Positions 15,070 through 24,000 of a DNA stretch of 24,000 nt are shown piece by piece. Position 1 is the first letter of the stretch, and each line of letters opens with the position of its first letter. The position numbers and the translations under genes are program-made. Below the pieces are notes generated by a model. The model was not told the origin of the DNA. It did not search any database and saw only the letters and a list, made by a program, of their open reading frames with translations. The stretch is from Gammaproteobacteria bacterium RIFCSPHIGHO2_12_FULL_36_30 (GTDB lineage Bacteria; Pseudomonadota; Gammaproteobacteria; Coxiellales; Coxiellaceae). The stretch spans positions 4,267-28,266 of the forward strand of contig MGXU01000002.1 in NCBI GenBank assembly GCA_001801815.1, read 5' to 3'.

Positions 15070-17361
15070 TTATGACTCTTCAGTTTCAAACGGTACAGCA
15101 TATCCGCACTCTTTCTGCGGACAAACTTTTTCCGTGCCCTTCGTTTTGGTAGTTTTAATCGTTAAAATAGGCCATTCGCAATCAGGACATTTTTCTGCGA
15201 CTGGTTGATTCCAAATTGCATAATCACAATCCGGATAACGATTGCATGAAAAAAATATTTTTCCGCGACGTGATTTGCGTTTTACAATGGTGCCCGTTTT
15301 ACATTTAGGGCAAATCACTTTTGTATCTTCAGGTTGTTCAAGTGGTTCGATGTGTTTGCATTTTGGATAATTACTACAACCAATAAATTTACCGTATTTT
15401 CCATGACGAATTAATAATGGCGATTGACAATCAGGACAAGCACGATCAATTGTTTCAGGTGTTGCATCTGCATCGTCCGATAAATTACGCGTGTAATCAC
15501 ATTCAGGATAAGCGTCGCAACCAATAAATCTTCCGCGTTTTCCTAAACGAATTGATAATTGTTTTCCGCATTTCGGACATTTCTCATCTATTTTTTCTTG
15601 TGTCACATCACTGCGTTTTACATTATCTTGTACGTCAATCGTTTTTGCTTTGAATGGCTTCCAAAAATTTTTTAATACAGGAATCCATTCCGTTTCTCCA
15701 CATGCAATTGCATCTAATTCATCTTCTAATTTTGCAGTGAAATCATAATCAACATATTGCGTAAAATAAGTTGTTAAAAAACGATTTACAATTCGACCAA
15801 CATCCGTCGGTTTAAATCTTTTATTTTCAACATCAACATATTCACGATTTTTTAATGTTGCAATAATAGATGCATAAGTGGATGGGCGACCAATTCCAAA
15901 TTCTTCTAATGCTTTTACTAAACTCGCTTCTGAAAAACGGGGTGGTGGTTCTGTAAAATGTTGTTCGCCCGCAATTTTTTCAATTGGAATAATTTGTCCT
16001 TCTTCTAATGGCGGCAACATTTTTTCGCTGTCATCATTTTCATCATCCGTTGCTTTTTTATCATCATAATCTTCTTGATAGACAGTAATAAATCCTGGAT
16101 TTGTAATAACAGAACCATTCGCACGAAATATTGCATGCGCAATTTCTAAATCAACTGCAACCGTATTTAATGTTGCTTCAATCATTTGAGATGCAATCGT
16201 GCGTTTCCAAATTAAATCATATAATTTAAATTGTTCTGGCGTTAAAGAAGATTTAATGTCTGCGGGAATACGCATTGCGCTGGTTGGACGAATTGCTTCG
16301 TGCGCTTCTTGTGCGTTTTTTGATTTCGTTTTATAAACACGCGCTTCATCCGGCACATTTTCTTTTCCAAAACGCTCGAGAATACATTCGCGTAAATCAG
16401 TTAATGCCTCAGGCGCAAGCGTTACAGAATCGGTACGCATATAAGTAATTAAACCGGTCGGGCCTTCGCCAATATCAATCCCTTCATATAATTGTTGCGC
16501 AACTTGCATTGTACGTTGCGCAGAAAAGCCTAATTTTCTCGATGCTTCTTGTTGTAATGTTGATGTTGTAAATGGCGCGGCAGGATTTCGTTTGCGTTCT
16601 TTTTTTGTTATTTTCGTAACTTTACATTTACCATTTGCGCCTTTTGTTAATTCATCACAAATTTTTTGTGATTTTTCGCCGTCATTCACATCAAATTGTT
16701 CAACTTTTTTATCATGCAAATGTGTTAAGCGCGCAGAAAAATTTTGTTTTTTTGCTTTTAAATCTGCATGAATTGTCCAATATTCTTGTGTAATAAATTT
16801 TTCTATTTCAGCTTCGCGTTCGCAAATTAATCGCAAGGCAGGACTTTGCACGCGACCCGCTGATAAACCAGGACGCACTTTACGCCATAATAATGGTGAT
16901 AAATTAAAACCAACTAAATAATCTAATGCGCGTCTTGCTTGTTGTGCATTCACTAAATCCATCAAGATACCGCGCGGATGTTTCATCGCTTGTTCAACAG
17001 CATTTTTAGTAATTTGATGAAATACAACACGCTCGCATGTTTTATCTTTTAATGCTTTTGCGCCTAATAAAATTTGCTGCAAATGCCAAGCAATCGCTTC
17101 ACCTTCACGATCCGGATCGGGCGCTAAATATAACCCATCACATTTTTTTAATTCTTTTTTTATTGCGTCGACATGTTTTGCATTACGTTCGATTAATTGA
17201 TATTTCATTGCAAAATCATGTTCAGTATCAACCGCACCTTCTTTTGGAACTAAATCACGCACGTGACCATACGATGCCATCACATGAAAATTTTTCCCTA
17301 AATATTTTTCAATGGTTTTTGCTTTTGCGGGTGATTCAACTATTACTAAATATTTGGGCAT
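15070..17361 (-). CDS. topA: DNA topoisomerase I (type IA) with four C-terminal zinc ribbons
   Basis: The protein is 763 aa. The Toprim N-terminus is [20 protein letters not shown] and [12 protein letters not shown]. The active-site region is [10 protein letters not shown]. Four C4 motifs follow: CPKCGK...CDAYPEC, CPDCQS...CSNYPKC, CPKCKT...CNRYPDC and CPDCEW...CPQKEC. Confidence 0.95.
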   Translation of the reverse strand: MPKYLVIVESPAKAKTIEKYLGKNFHVMASYGHVRDLVPKEGAVDTEHDFAMKYQLIERNAKHVDAIKKELKKCDGLYLAPDPDREGEAIAWHLQQILLGAKALKDKTCERVVFHQITKNAVEQAMKHPRGILMDLVNAQQARRALDYLVGFNLSPLLWRKVRPGLSAGRVQSPALRLICEREAEIEKFITQEYWTIHADLKAKKQNFSARLTHLHDKKVEQFDVNDGEKSQKICDELTKGANGKCKVTKITKKERKRNPAAPFTTSTLQQEASRKLGFSAQRTMQVAQQLYEGIDIGEGPTGLITYMRTDSVTLAPEALTDLRECILERFGKENVPDEARVYKTKSKNAQEAHEAIRPTSAMRIPADIKSSLTPEQFKLYDLIWKRTIASQMIEATLNTVAVDLEIAHAIFRANGSVITNPGFITVYQEDYDDKKATDDENDDSEKMLPPLEEGQIIPIEKIAGEQHFTEPPPRFSEASLVKALEEFGIGRPSTYASIIATLKNREYVDVENKRFKPTDVGRIVNRFLTTYFTQYVDYDFTAKLEDELDAIACGETEWIPVLKNFWKPFKAKTIDVQDNVKRSDVTQEKIDEKCPKCGKQLSIRLGKRGRFIGCDAYPECDYTRNLSDDADATPETIDRACPDCQSPLLIRHGKYGKFIGCSNYPKCKHIEPLEQPEDTKVICPKCKTGTIVKRKSRRGKIFFSCNRYPDCDYAIWNQPVAEKCPDCEWPILTIKTTKTKGTEKVCPQKECGYAVPFETEES

Positions 17362-17369
17362 CGTGATTC

Positions 17370-17846
17370 CTAATGAATACTATCGTACGCGTCAGTGAGT
17401 ACTAAAAATTCCATGTGTGATAATGCGCCTTCGCAATTAGGCATGTTAAATAAAACCATCAGCGTTACCCATTTAATTAAATTCAGATCAACACCTTCGT
17501 GAATTAATTCCATTGTTTGATGAATAACAATTTCACGTGTTTGTGGTGTTAAAATACCCTGATATTCCAGCGATAAAATAAACGAACGACATTCCATATT
17601 AATTAACATACTTTCTTGTTCGCTAAAAACGCGAAATGAATTTTTTGATGGTGGAATATCTTGTTCGCTCACCTCAATTAAACGATGCAGCCAACGAAAT
17701 GCTCTTCCAATATTATGCACATGAAATCCGGCGAGTTTTAATTCGTCCACTAATTCCATATCATTTAAATTAATGCGATTTTCTTTTTCCATGTGATTGT
17801 GAAATAAATACATCAACACGCCAAGCACGCTTTCTTCCTCATTCAT
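17370..17846 (-). CDS. smg: Smg protein (DUF494)
   Basis: The protein is 158 aa. It sits in the conserved position between dprA and topA. Matching segments are VLMYLFHNH, AGFHVHNIGRAFRWL, the SFRVFSEQE...CRSFILSLEYQGIL pattern and LIKWVTLMVLFNMPNCEGA. Confidence 0.85.
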   Translation of the reverse strand: MNEEESVLGVLMYLFHNHMEKENRINLNDMELVDELKLAGFHVHNIGRAFRWLHRLIEVSEQDIPPSKNSFRVFSEQESMLINMECRSFILSLEYQGILTPQTREIVIHQTMELIHEGVDLNLIKWVTLMVLFNMPNCEGALSHMEFLVLTDAYDSIH

Positions 17847-17849
17847 TTA

Positions 17850-18968
17850 TTACGCCCTTACAAATCCGCCGAACTGTCTTTTTACGACATTTTTCAGCTC
17901 TAATTCCAATAAAATAGTTGAAACCACTTGCGCCGATAGTTTACTTCGATCACAGATTTGGTCAATAGTTGTCACGTCATTGTCGATACAGGCTAGCACT
18001 GGGTTGTCTTCGCAATCAAGTGTGAGTTGCTGTTGAAGTGATTGTTTTGTACACCCCGTTATTTTTCTGCTATCGATTTCACTTAATATATCATCAATAT
18101 TCGTTACACATTTCGCACCTTGTTGAATCAACGCTAAACATCCCGTGGATAATGGATTGCGTATTGATCCTGGAATGGCAAATACATCTCGATTTTGTTC
18201 AACCGCAAATTTTGCTGTAATTAATGAACCGCTTTTCAATGCCGCTTCAATCACTAATGTTCCTAAACTTAATCCACTAATAATTCGATTGCGTCTTGGA
18301 AAATTATACGCAATTGGTTCTGCATCAATCGGAAATTCGGAAACCAAACACCCATTTTCAATTATTTTTTCCGCGAGTTTTATATTTCGTTTTGGATAAA
18401 TTTTTTCTAAACCGGAACCGAGCACGGCAATTGTTTTTCCGCCTGCATTTAAAGCACCTTGATGACTTGCTGCATCAACACCCATCGCTAATCCACTCGT
18501 AATAATTAATCCTGCTTGCGATAATTGAAATGCAAATTCAGCGCTTAATTCCAAACCAGTGTGTGATGGATTTCTGCTGCCAACCAAAGCAATTTGTGGT
18601 TGCGATAATATTTCTGCATCACCTTTAACATAAATAATTGGTGGCGCAGATGAAATTTCTGCCAATAATTCTGGATAACGCGCATCAGTATAAAAAATAA
18701 TATGATGATTATTTTTTTCTTGCCATCGCAATACAATTTCAATCCATTTTTTATTAGGATTGTGAATAATATTAATTTGATTTTCATTCAATCGCCATTG
18801 TTGCAATTCAGATTTTTTTGCGCGACAAATATTTTCAGCGGTTTGAAAATGCGTTAACATTTTTTTGATGTGCGCAATGCCGACGTCGGAAATTTGTGTA
18901 AGCGCGAGTTGTGAAATAAATTCTGCAGATTGATTATTCATACTGGCTGCCGCGCTCATTAAAAACAT
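17850..18968 (-). CDS. dprA: DNA-processing protein DprA (Smf)
   Basis: The protein is 372 aa. The Rossmann-like DprA core is present: IALVGSRNPSHTGLELSAEFAFQLSQAGLIITSGLAMGVDAASHQGAL, VLGSGLEKIYPKRN, EFPIDAEPIAYNFPRRNRIISGLS, GSLITAKFAVEQNRDVFAIPG. No clear SD precedes the first ATG, so the exact start is uncertain. Confidence 0.9.
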   Translation of the reverse strand: MFLMSAAASMNNQSAEFISQLALTQISDVGIAHIKKMLTHFQTAENICRAKKSELQQWRLNENQINIIHNPNKKWIEIVLRWQEKNNHHIIFYTDARYPELLAEISSAPPIIYVKGDAEILSQPQIALVGSRNPSHTGLELSAEFAFQLSQAGLIITSGLAMGVDAASHQGALNAGGKTIAVLGSGLEKIYPKRNIKLAEKIIENGCLVSEFPIDAEPIAYNFPRRNRIISGLSLGTLVIEAALKSGSLITAKFAVEQNRDVFAIPGSIRNPLSTGCLALIQQGAKCVTNIDDILSEIDSRKITGCTKQSLQQQLTLDCEDNPVLACIDNDVTTIDQICDRSKLSAQVVSTILLELELKNVVKRQFGGFVRA

Positions 18969-18996
18969 AGGGGTTCGTCTTCAAGTTTGTCTAGGA

Positions 18997-19013
18997 TGCC
19001 GCAATTTGCGGCA
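18997..19013. promoter_or_regulatory. 17-nt near-perfect palindrome in the dprA/fmt divergent intergenic region
   Basis: TGCCGCAA-T-TTGCGGCA has 8-nt arms and a 1-nt centre. It lies 29 nt upstream of the dprA ATG. It could be an operator, or an RNA hairpin with stem GCCGC/GCGGC. Confidence 0.4.
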
Positions 19014-19098
19014 ACCCACATTTCATTTTCAGCCCGAACAGTTTATTATGTTCTAAGAAAAATTTCATACCGTGTTTTTGATTTATTTTGAGAAAGTT

Positions 19099-20043
19099 AT
19101 GCCATTAAAAATTATTTTCGCCGGAACACCCGAATTTGCTGTGCCAACCTTGCAGGCGTTATTTAATTCTGAACATAAAATATTAGCAGTGTATACACAA
19201 CCCGATCGTCCTGCAGGACGTGGTCAACAATTGCAAGCGTCGCCTGTAAAAGAAATTGCAAAATCGCATAATATTCCTATTTTTCAGCCAAAAACATTAC
19301 GTGATGAAAATGTACAAAAGGAAATGCGTGCATTAAATGCGGATGTCATGATTGTGGTTGCTTATGGATTAATTTTGCCGGAAAGCGTTTTGAAAATTCC
19401 ACGACTGGGTTGCATTAATATTCATCCGTCGTTATTGCCGCGTTGGCGTGGCGCTGCACCAATTCCAAGATCAATCGAAGCGGGCGATGTTGAAACGGGC
19501 GTCACGATCATGCAATTAGATAAAGGCATGGACACAGGCGCTATTTTAAAACAAGAAAATTATAAATATGTTGGTGATGAAACCAGCGGTGAAATGCATG
19601 ATTTATTTAGTCATCGTGGCGCAGCATTATTACTCGATACATTATATGAATTAGAAAATAATTTAAATAATCCGATTTCACAAAATAATTCACTTGTGAC
19701 CTTTGCTGAAAAAATTCAAAAGGCAGAAGCAATCATTGATTGGAATTTATCAGCAAAAGAAATTAATAATAAAATTCGCGCATTTAATCCGTGGCCAGTT
19801 GCGAATACTATTTTTTTAAAAAATACATTGCGAATTTGGATCGCGAATGCCATTACTGAAAAATCAAAATATCCACCTGGTATTTTAGCGCATAGAAATA
19901 GAGAAAATTTTTGGATTGCAACAGGCGATGGCATGTTAGAAATTATTTCCGTGCAATTGCCGGGGAAAAAAATAATTTCTGCTGCTGATTTTATGAATGG
20001 ACGCCATGATCAGTTGGTTGTTGGAAAAACAAAGTTTGGGTAA
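19099..20043 (+). CDS. fmt: Methionyl-tRNA formyltransferase Fmt
   Basis: The start at the ATG at 19099 (MPLKIIFAGTPEFAVPTLQAL) follows GAGAAAG. Matching motifs are VYTQPDRPAGRG, DVMIVVAYGLILP, NIHPSLLPRWRGAAPI and GVTIMQLDKGMDTG. At 314 aa the length matches E. coli Fmt. The track's upstream GTG start at 19072 is less likely. Confidence 0.93.
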   Translation: MPLKIIFAGTPEFAVPTLQALFNSEHKILAVYTQPDRPAGRGQQLQASPVKEIAKSHNIPIFQPKTLRDENVQKEMRALNADVMIVVAYGLILPESVLKIPRLGCINIHPSLLPRWRGAAPIPRSIEAGDVETGVTIMQLDKGMDTGAILKQENYKYVGDETSGEMHDLFSHRGAALLLDTLYELENNLNNPISQNNSLVTFAEKIQKAEAIIDWNLSAKEINNKIRAFNPWPVANTIFLKNTLRIWIANAITEKSKYPPGILAHRNRENFWIATGDGMLEIISVQLPGKKIISAADFMNGRHDQLVVGKTKFG

Positions 20044-20047
20044 AAAT

Positions 20048-20581
20048 ATGCTCATAATTTTAGACCGCGATGGCGTCATCAATTTCGACTCCGATAATTA
20101 TATTAAATCCCCCGACGAATGGATTCCCATTCCTGGAAGCATTGAAGCTATTGCATTGCTCACAAAAGCAAAATATAAAATGGTCATCGCTACCAATCAA
20201 GCTGGTGTAAATCGCGGCAAATTTTCGTTAGAAACATTACAAAAAATCCATCAAAAAATGTTAACCACAATTGAATCTTCTGGCGGCAAAATCGAAAAAA
20301 TTTATTTTTGCCCACATCATCCCGATGAAAATTGTGATTGTCGCAAACCACAACCCGGCATGTTTTATCAAATACAGCGTGATTTTAAGATTAAAAGTGA
20401 TGATATGATTTATGTCGGCGATAGTTTAAAAGATTATGAAGTCGCGCAAAAAATTGGCTGCACGTTTTTTTTAGTGCGCACGAGTAATGGAATAAAAACA
20501 GAAAAAACACTCACACCATCTTCAAAAGTGAAAATATTTGATGATTTAATTTCATTTGTTAATTATTTTTTAAAACTGTAA
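20048..20581 (+). CDS. gmhB: D-glycero-beta-D-manno-heptose-1,7-bisphosphate 7-phosphatase GmhB (HAD-IIIA)
   Basis: The ATG at 20048 lies 4 nt after the fmt stop. HAD motifs are present: LDRDGVIN, ATNQAGVNRGKF and VGDSLKDYEVA. The GmhB Zn-binding signature is CPHHPDENCDCRKPQPGM. The N-terminal 17 codons of the track ORF overlap fmt and are rejected. Confidence 0.85.
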   Translation: MLIILDRDGVINFDSDNYIKSPDEWIPIPGSIEAIALLTKAKYKMVIATNQAGVNRGKFSLETLQKIHQKMLTTIESSGGKIEKIYFCPHHPDENCDCRKPQPGMFYQIQRDFKIKSDDMIYVGDSLKDYEVAQKIGCTFFLVRTSNGIKTEKTLTPSSKVKIFDDLISFVNYFLKL

Positions 20582-20840
20582 ACGCATCAAATTTTTCTAC
20601 TGCAATTTCCTCTGAATGCACGTCCATAACTTTTGCAAACAGTGGTCCCTTCCACAACCATTCGATAAATTGTTTGATGTTTTCTTCATCGCCGCATGCA
20701 ATTAATTCCACCGCACCATTCTTAGTATTTTTCACCCAACCTGTAATATTTAGTTTGTTTGCTTTTTTGCGTGCGTTATCACGATAAAAAACACCTTGTA
20801 CTTTTCCAGTGATAATTGCTTTAATGCAAACTGTTTTCAT
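20559..20840 (-). CDS. acyP: Acylphosphatase
   Basis: The protein is 93 aa. The signature is ITGKVQGVFYRDNARKKANKLNITGWVKNTKNGAVELIACG. AAGGAA lies upstream of the ATG. The 3' end overlaps the convergent gmhB by 23 nt. Confidence 0.88.
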   Translation of the reverse strand: MKTVCIKAIITGKVQGVFYRDNARKKANKLNITGWVKNTKNGAVELIACGDEENIKQFIEWLWKGPLFAKVMDVHSEEIAVEKFDAFTVLKNN

Positions 20841-20849
20841 TTTTGTTCC

Positions 20850-20877
20850 TTGATTCGTTTATTGTTGAGCGTATTAT
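20850..20877 (+). promoter_or_regulatory. Candidate sigma-70 promoter of the guaC-like gene
   Basis: TTGATT (20850-20855), a 16-nt spacer, then TATTAT (20872-20877). It lies about 35 nt upstream of the ATG at 20913. Confidence 0.4.
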
Positions 20878-20912
20878 ATGTTGATTGAGATTGTATTTAA
20901 CAGGAAAAATTT

Positions 20913-21923
20913 ATGATGGAACAATTTGCAATTACCTTCGACGATGTGTTGATGGTGCCAGCATATAATAATTATGAATCACGTCGTTTAGTTGACATGA
21001 GTGTAACTGATCGCAATGGAAAATTAACGTTAAAATTGCCAGTGATGAGTTCCAATATGGATACCATTACTGAAAGTGATATGGCAAATTTTATGTCAAG
21101 CAAAGGCGGTATCGGTGTTTTGCATCGGTTTTTATCGATTGAAGATAATATTACAGAATATAAAAAATGTAATGATAAAGTATTTGTTTCAATTGGCTGC
21201 AACGATGCAGAATTAGAACGCGCAAAAGCATTACGCGATGTTGGTGCAAATTATTTTTGCATTGATGTTGCACACGCACATGCAAAATATGTTGGCCACA
21301 CATTAAAATTATTACGAAAATTATTACCCGACGCATGCATTATGGCTGGAAATGTAGCAACTTATGCAGGTGCTGATTATTTAGCATCATGTGGCGCTGA
21401 TATTGTAAAAGCAGGAATTGGTGGCGGATCAGTTTGCAGCACAAGAATTAAAACAGGTTTTGGAATTCCAATGTTAACTTGTATTCAAGATTGCGCGCGT
21501 TGTGATCGTTCAATTGTTGCAGATGGTGGAATTCGTTTTGCAGGTGATATTGTAAAAGCGCTCGCATTTGGTGCTGATTTTGTCATGATCGGTGGCATGC
21601 TCGCGGGCACTGCAGTGACGCCTGGAAAAGTAATTACCAATAAACAAGGCGAAAAAGTAAAACAATATCGTGGCATGGCATCGCGCGAAGCACAAACTGA
21701 TTTTATGGGCGCGATGAGTGATTGGAAAACAGCAGAGGGTGTTTCAACTGAAGTTTTATTTCGCGATGATCAAGATGCAATTCTTTCTGACATCACCGGC
21801 GGTTTACGTTCAGGATTAACTTATGCAGGTGCGAGCACAATACGAGAATTACAGCGTAAACTCGATTACGTTATTGTCACGCAAGCAGGTCGTGTTGAAA
21901 GTTTGCCGCATAAAACATTATAA
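20913..21923 (+). CDS. guaC: GMP reductase (IMPDH/GMPR family, no CBS subdomain)
   Basis: The protein is 336 aa. The IMPDH/GMPR barrel motifs are present: FDDVLMVP, PVMSSNMDT, CIDVAHAH, the catalytic-Cys loop KAGIGGGSVCSTRIKTGFGIP, ADGGIRFAGDIVKALAFGADFVMIGGMLAG and GGLRSGLTYAGA. The length and lack of a CBS insert favour GMP reductase over GuaB. The substrate assignment is not proven. Confidence 0.7.
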   Translation: MMEQFAITFDDVLMVPAYNNYESRRLVDMSVTDRNGKLTLKLPVMSSNMDTITESDMANFMSSKGGIGVLHRFLSIEDNITEYKKCNDKVFVSIGCNDAELERAKALRDVGANYFCIDVAHAHAKYVGHTLKLLRKLLPDACIMAGNVATYAGADYLASCGADIVKAGIGGGSVCSTRIKTGFGIPMLTCIQDCARCDRSIVADGGIRFAGDIVKALAFGADFVMIGGMLAGTAVTPGKVITNKQGEKVKQYRGMASREAQTDFMGAMSDWKTAEGVSTEVLFRDDQDAILSDITGGLRSGLTYAGASTIRELQRKLDYVIVTQAGRVESLPHKTL

Positions 21924-21944
21924 CTGTACACTTTCAACCAACCA

Positions 21945-21973
21945 TTGACCTTTGCGTACAATTCCGTTAGCGT
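21945..21973 (+). promoter_or_regulatory. Weak candidate sigma-70 promoter of the orphan gene
   Basis: TTGACC (21945-21950), a 17-nt spacer, then TAGCGT (21968-21973). The -10 element overlaps the 10-bp palindrome GCGTTAACGC (21970-21979). Confidence 0.3.
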
Positions 21974-22052
21974 TAACGCATGAATGGAATCGCACAGGGA
22001 ATTACGGAAAAATAATTTAATTCAAAGATGAAATAAAAGAAGGGGAACAAAG

Positions 22053-22418
22053 ATGTCAAGAAGTGACGGTAGCAAAACACCAGACCAAGAAACACCGTTG
22101 GTTGTAAATGATGCGCGTGACGAATCTGTACGCACAAGAACGCAACAGATGAAGGATGGCGCACTTAATTTTGCAAGCTCTGTCGTTCAGTTTGTGGCGA
22201 ATAATCCAAGAAAATTAATTGGTGGAATGACATTAGCTATGATTGCTGCAGCGGAAGTATGCAACGGATCTCAGTCTGAAATGGGCGCTCGCTGCAGAGC
22301 AGTGAATAGTAATCCGCATCTCGGAGCAACTGTAGGTGCAGCACTGTTTGGGTTAGGTATGGAACGTGCGGTGAAAGCATATGAAGATCATTACACGCCA
22401 ACACCAATGGCTCGATAA
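22053..22418 (+). CDS. Hypothetical small protein (orphan), polar N-terminus plus two short hydrophobic/Gly-rich segments
   Basis: The protein is 121 aa. A strong SD, AAGGGGA, lies 6 nt upstream of the ATG, and the gene has its own terminator. The translation shows no family I recognise. Its segments are LIGGMTLAMIAAAEV and LGATVGAALFGLGM. Sample lines give about 48-55% GC, against about 37% in the neighbouring MFS gene. Confidence 0.55.
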   Translation: MSRSDGSKTPDQETPLVVNDARDESVRTRTQQMKDGALNFASSVVQFVANNPRKLIGGMTLAMIAAAEVCNGSQSEMGARCRAVNSNPHLGATVGAALFGLGMERAVKAYEDHYTPTPMAR

Positions 22419-22441
22419 TTTAAACTATAAAAATATATATC

Positions 22442-22470
22442 AAAACCAGCCCCGCGCTGGTTTTTTATTT
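22442..22470. terminator. Rho-independent terminator between the convergent orphan gene and MFS gene
   Basis: The stem pairs AAAACCAGC (22442-22450) with GCTGGTTTT (22456-22464) around the loop CCCGC. It is followed by TTTTTTATTT on the plus strand. An A-run on the other side gives a weaker minus-strand terminator. Confidence 0.75.
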
Positions 22471-22475
22471 TCAAA

Positions 22476-23657
22476 TTATTTTAATTTTTTCTGAACAAAA
22501 TAAATAAACGGAATTGCTAATAATTCTGCAGCAACAGAAAAAATAATTAATCCGTGAATAGAAGTGTCATATAAAATCCCAATTAACCAACTTCCTAAAA
22601 ACCACGCGATACCATAACACGTATTAAAAATTCCAAACGCAGCGCCACGTTTATTTTTTGAAATCATATCACCGACAATTGCTTTTAATAATGATCGTTG
22701 CGCGCCAATTCCAATTCCCCATAAAATAATGCCTAAAATAGCTGTTTTCATACCATTTAAAAAAATACAGGGCGCAAAAAATGCGGATAATAAAACTGCA
22801 ATCATTAAAATATTTGTACCAATACGATCATAAATCCAACCAAAAGATAATGCAGTTAATGCACTCACGCCCATCGCAATCATATAAAAAATTGGAATCC
22901 AAACAGGTGTTAGCGAAGTTATTTTTTGAAAATGAAAAGCAATTAACGGAAAATCAGCAAAACCAGCACCCATTAAACAAGCAGGTATTAAAAAAATCCA
23001 AAAGATAAATGGAATTTTATCTGGTTCTAATATTTGCGTTACCGTTACTTCCAAACTTTTTGGATTGGGATATTGTTTTTTTCCCAACGACAAAATAATT
23101 AATGCAATACATGCTGGAATAAATAAAAATACAAATCCAAGGGAATAATGATGATGTGTTAACAAAATAATAACCATTAAAAGCGGACCGCACATTCCAC
23201 CGACTTGATCAAATAATTGATGCAAACCAAATCCAACACCTCGCCCAATTTTTTGCGTTGCGTAAGATAACATTGCGTCACGCGCTGGTGTGCGAATTGC
23301 TTTTCCAACACGTTCAATAATAATTAGTACCGCAATCATTTTCCATGTGTGAGCAAATGCAACGAGTGGAATTGCAAAAAGACAACCATAACCTAAAAAA
23401 GTTATCAGCCAGTATTTTTCAGTTCGATCGATAAAATAGCCCGAAAAAATACGAAAAACATTTCCAATTAATTCACCTAATCCCGCAACAAAACCAACAA
23501 TCGCACCACTTGCGCCCAATATTGCAAACATAGGTCCAATTACACTGCGCGATCCTTCATAAACCATATCAGAAAATAAACTAACAAGGCCGAGCAAAAT
23601 AATAAATTTAAATGCTGTCGCAGTATCAATATTTTTTTTGACAATAATATCTGACAA
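22476..23657 (-). CDS. Major facilitator superfamily (MFS) transporter, substrate unknown
   Basis: The protein is 393 aa with about 12 hydrophobic helices in two halves. An MFS-like loop motif, GYFIDRTEKYW, follows the second helix. The TTG start is preceded by AAGGA at 8 nt. The next in-frame Met is 30 codons downstream. Confidence 0.8.
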   Translation of the reverse strand: MSDIIVKKNIDTATAFKFIILLGLVSLFSDMVYEGSRSVIGPMFAILGASGAIVGFVAGLGELIGNVFRIFSGYFIDRTEKYWLITFLGYGCLFAIPLVAFAHTWKMIAVLIIIERVGKAIRTPARDAMLSYATQKIGRGVGFGLHQLFDQVGGMCGPLLMVIILLTHHHYSLGFVFLFIPACIALIILSLGKKQYPNPKSLEVTVTQILEPDKIPFIFWIFLIPACLMGAGFADFPLIAFHFQKITSLTPVWIPIFYMIAMGVSALTALSFGWIYDRIGTNILMIAVLLSAFFAPCIFLNGMKTAILGIILWGIGIGAQRSLLKAIVGDMISKNKRGAAFGIFNTCYGIAWFLGSWLIGILYDTSIHGLIIFSVAAELLAIPFIYFVQKKLK

Positions 23658-23688
23658 AGATTTTTCCTTAAAAATAGAGTGCGAATTT

Positions 23689-23717
23689 ATTGTAGCGTAA
23701 TGTTGATATGATGTCAG
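23689..23717 (-). promoter_or_regulatory. Candidate sigma-70 promoter of the MFS transporter gene
   Basis: On the minus strand the sequence reads CTGACA (23717-23712), a 17-nt spacer, then TACAAT (23694-23689). It lies about 30 nt upstream of the TTG start. Confidence 0.5.
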
Positions 23718-23726
23718 AAAAATCTT

Positions 23727-24000
23727 TTATTGTGTTTTTTCTTTATATTCGCACCATTTTTCAATCGCACATTCACTGCATTTTGGATTACGCGCAGTGC
23801 AAATATATCTACCATGCAACACCAACCAATGATGCGCATCTTTTATATATTTTTTTGGAATAATTTTTAATAATTTTTTTTCAACAATAAGCGGCGTTTT
23901 ACCCTCTGCTAATCCAGTTCGAGTTGCAACACGAAAAATATGCGTATCAACAGCAATCGTTGCTTCACCAAACGCAGTATTTAAAACCACATTCGCTGTT
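23727..24000 (-). CDS. nth: Endonuclease III (Nth), C-terminal part; the gene continues beyond the window
   Basis: The frame stays open to the window edge (..[24 protein letters not shown]). It matches the Nth HhH-GPD region and the C-terminal 4Fe-4S motif C-x6-C-x2-C-x5-C ([22 protein letters not shown]). Confidence 0.9.
   Translation of the reverse strand, partial: TANVVLNTAFGEATIAVDTHIFRVATRTGLAEGKTPLIVEKKLLKIIPKKYIKDAHHWLVLHGRYICTARNPKCSECAIEKWCEYKEKTQ

Noticed and set aside
18139-18151. DnaA-box-like 9-mers (for example GTGGATAAT inside dprA and TGGATAAAC at about 6303), considered as a sign of an origin of replication.
   Set aside because: These are isolated imperfect matches inside coding sequence. 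There is no cluster, no adjacent AT-rich unwinding element, and no dnaA/dnaN/gidA context.
20559-20581. A 23-nt convergent overlap of the gmhB and acyP 3' ends.
   Set aside because: The overlap is real in the sequence but common in compact genomes. No hairpin or conserved element lies in the overlap, so there is nothing to suggest more than gene packing.
21980-22052. Legionella/Coxiella-style PmrA (tandem TTAAT-type) or CpxR (GTAAA-N6-GTAAA) boxes upstream of the orphan gene, which would hint at a Dot/Icm effector.
   Set aside because: Only a single TAATTTAATT stretch is present, with the wrong spacing, and there are no tandem repeats at about 11-nt periodicity. This is insufficient to call.
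1-24000. A window-wide look for CRISPR arrays, IS elements or transposases, integrases, reverse transcriptases or retrons, rRNA, tmRNA/6S/RNase P RNAs, and large unexplained non-coding gaps.
   Set aside because: No regularly spaced repeats were seen apart from the protein-coding FN3 modules. No ORF has transposase, integrase or RT motifs. The largest intergenic gaps are only about 115-142 nt and are accounted for by promoters, terminators and the short palindromic motifs described above.

Overview
The window is an AT-rich gammaproteobacterial chromosome segment. Hand counts on sample 60-nt lines give about 18-38% GC in most genes. It is densely packed with housekeeping genes in classical syntenic blocks. 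These are ubiK-comM; ubiE-ubiJ-ubiB with overlapping start/stop codons; argS-ftsN-like-hslV-hslU with a textbook sigma-32 promoter; dprA-smg-topA-tsaC; fmt-gmhB; and acyP, a guaC-like gene, an MFS transporter and nth. The composition and gene order look like a Legionellales/Coxiella-like organism, but that is inference only. I found no transposase, integrase, CRISPR array, rRNA, reverse transcriptase or recognisable multi-gene defence or secretion cluster. I cannot support a claim of a novel multi-gene system here. The non-core content has four parts. (1) A protein of more than 1100 aa, truncated at its 5' end by the window edge, made of 11 tandem FN3-like modules. It includes a His-rich module and a diverged two-module super-repeat, has a strong terminator, and is followed by a small beta-barrel OMP gene. 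(2) A vapBC toxin-antitoxin pair plus tRNA-Arg(CCG), wedged between comM and a ubiB that lacks the usual C-terminal membrane-anchor region. (3) A GC-rich orphan 121-aa gene with its own promoter-like signals and terminator. (4) Several small oddities: a 15-bp hairpin burying the ubiK SD and AUG, an FtsN-like protein with no SPOR domain, a RidA-family protein with a signal peptide, three copies of a GCTATAGC palindrome in a convergent intergenic region, and no def upstream of fmt. All homology calls come from reading the translations by eye. No database search was run.
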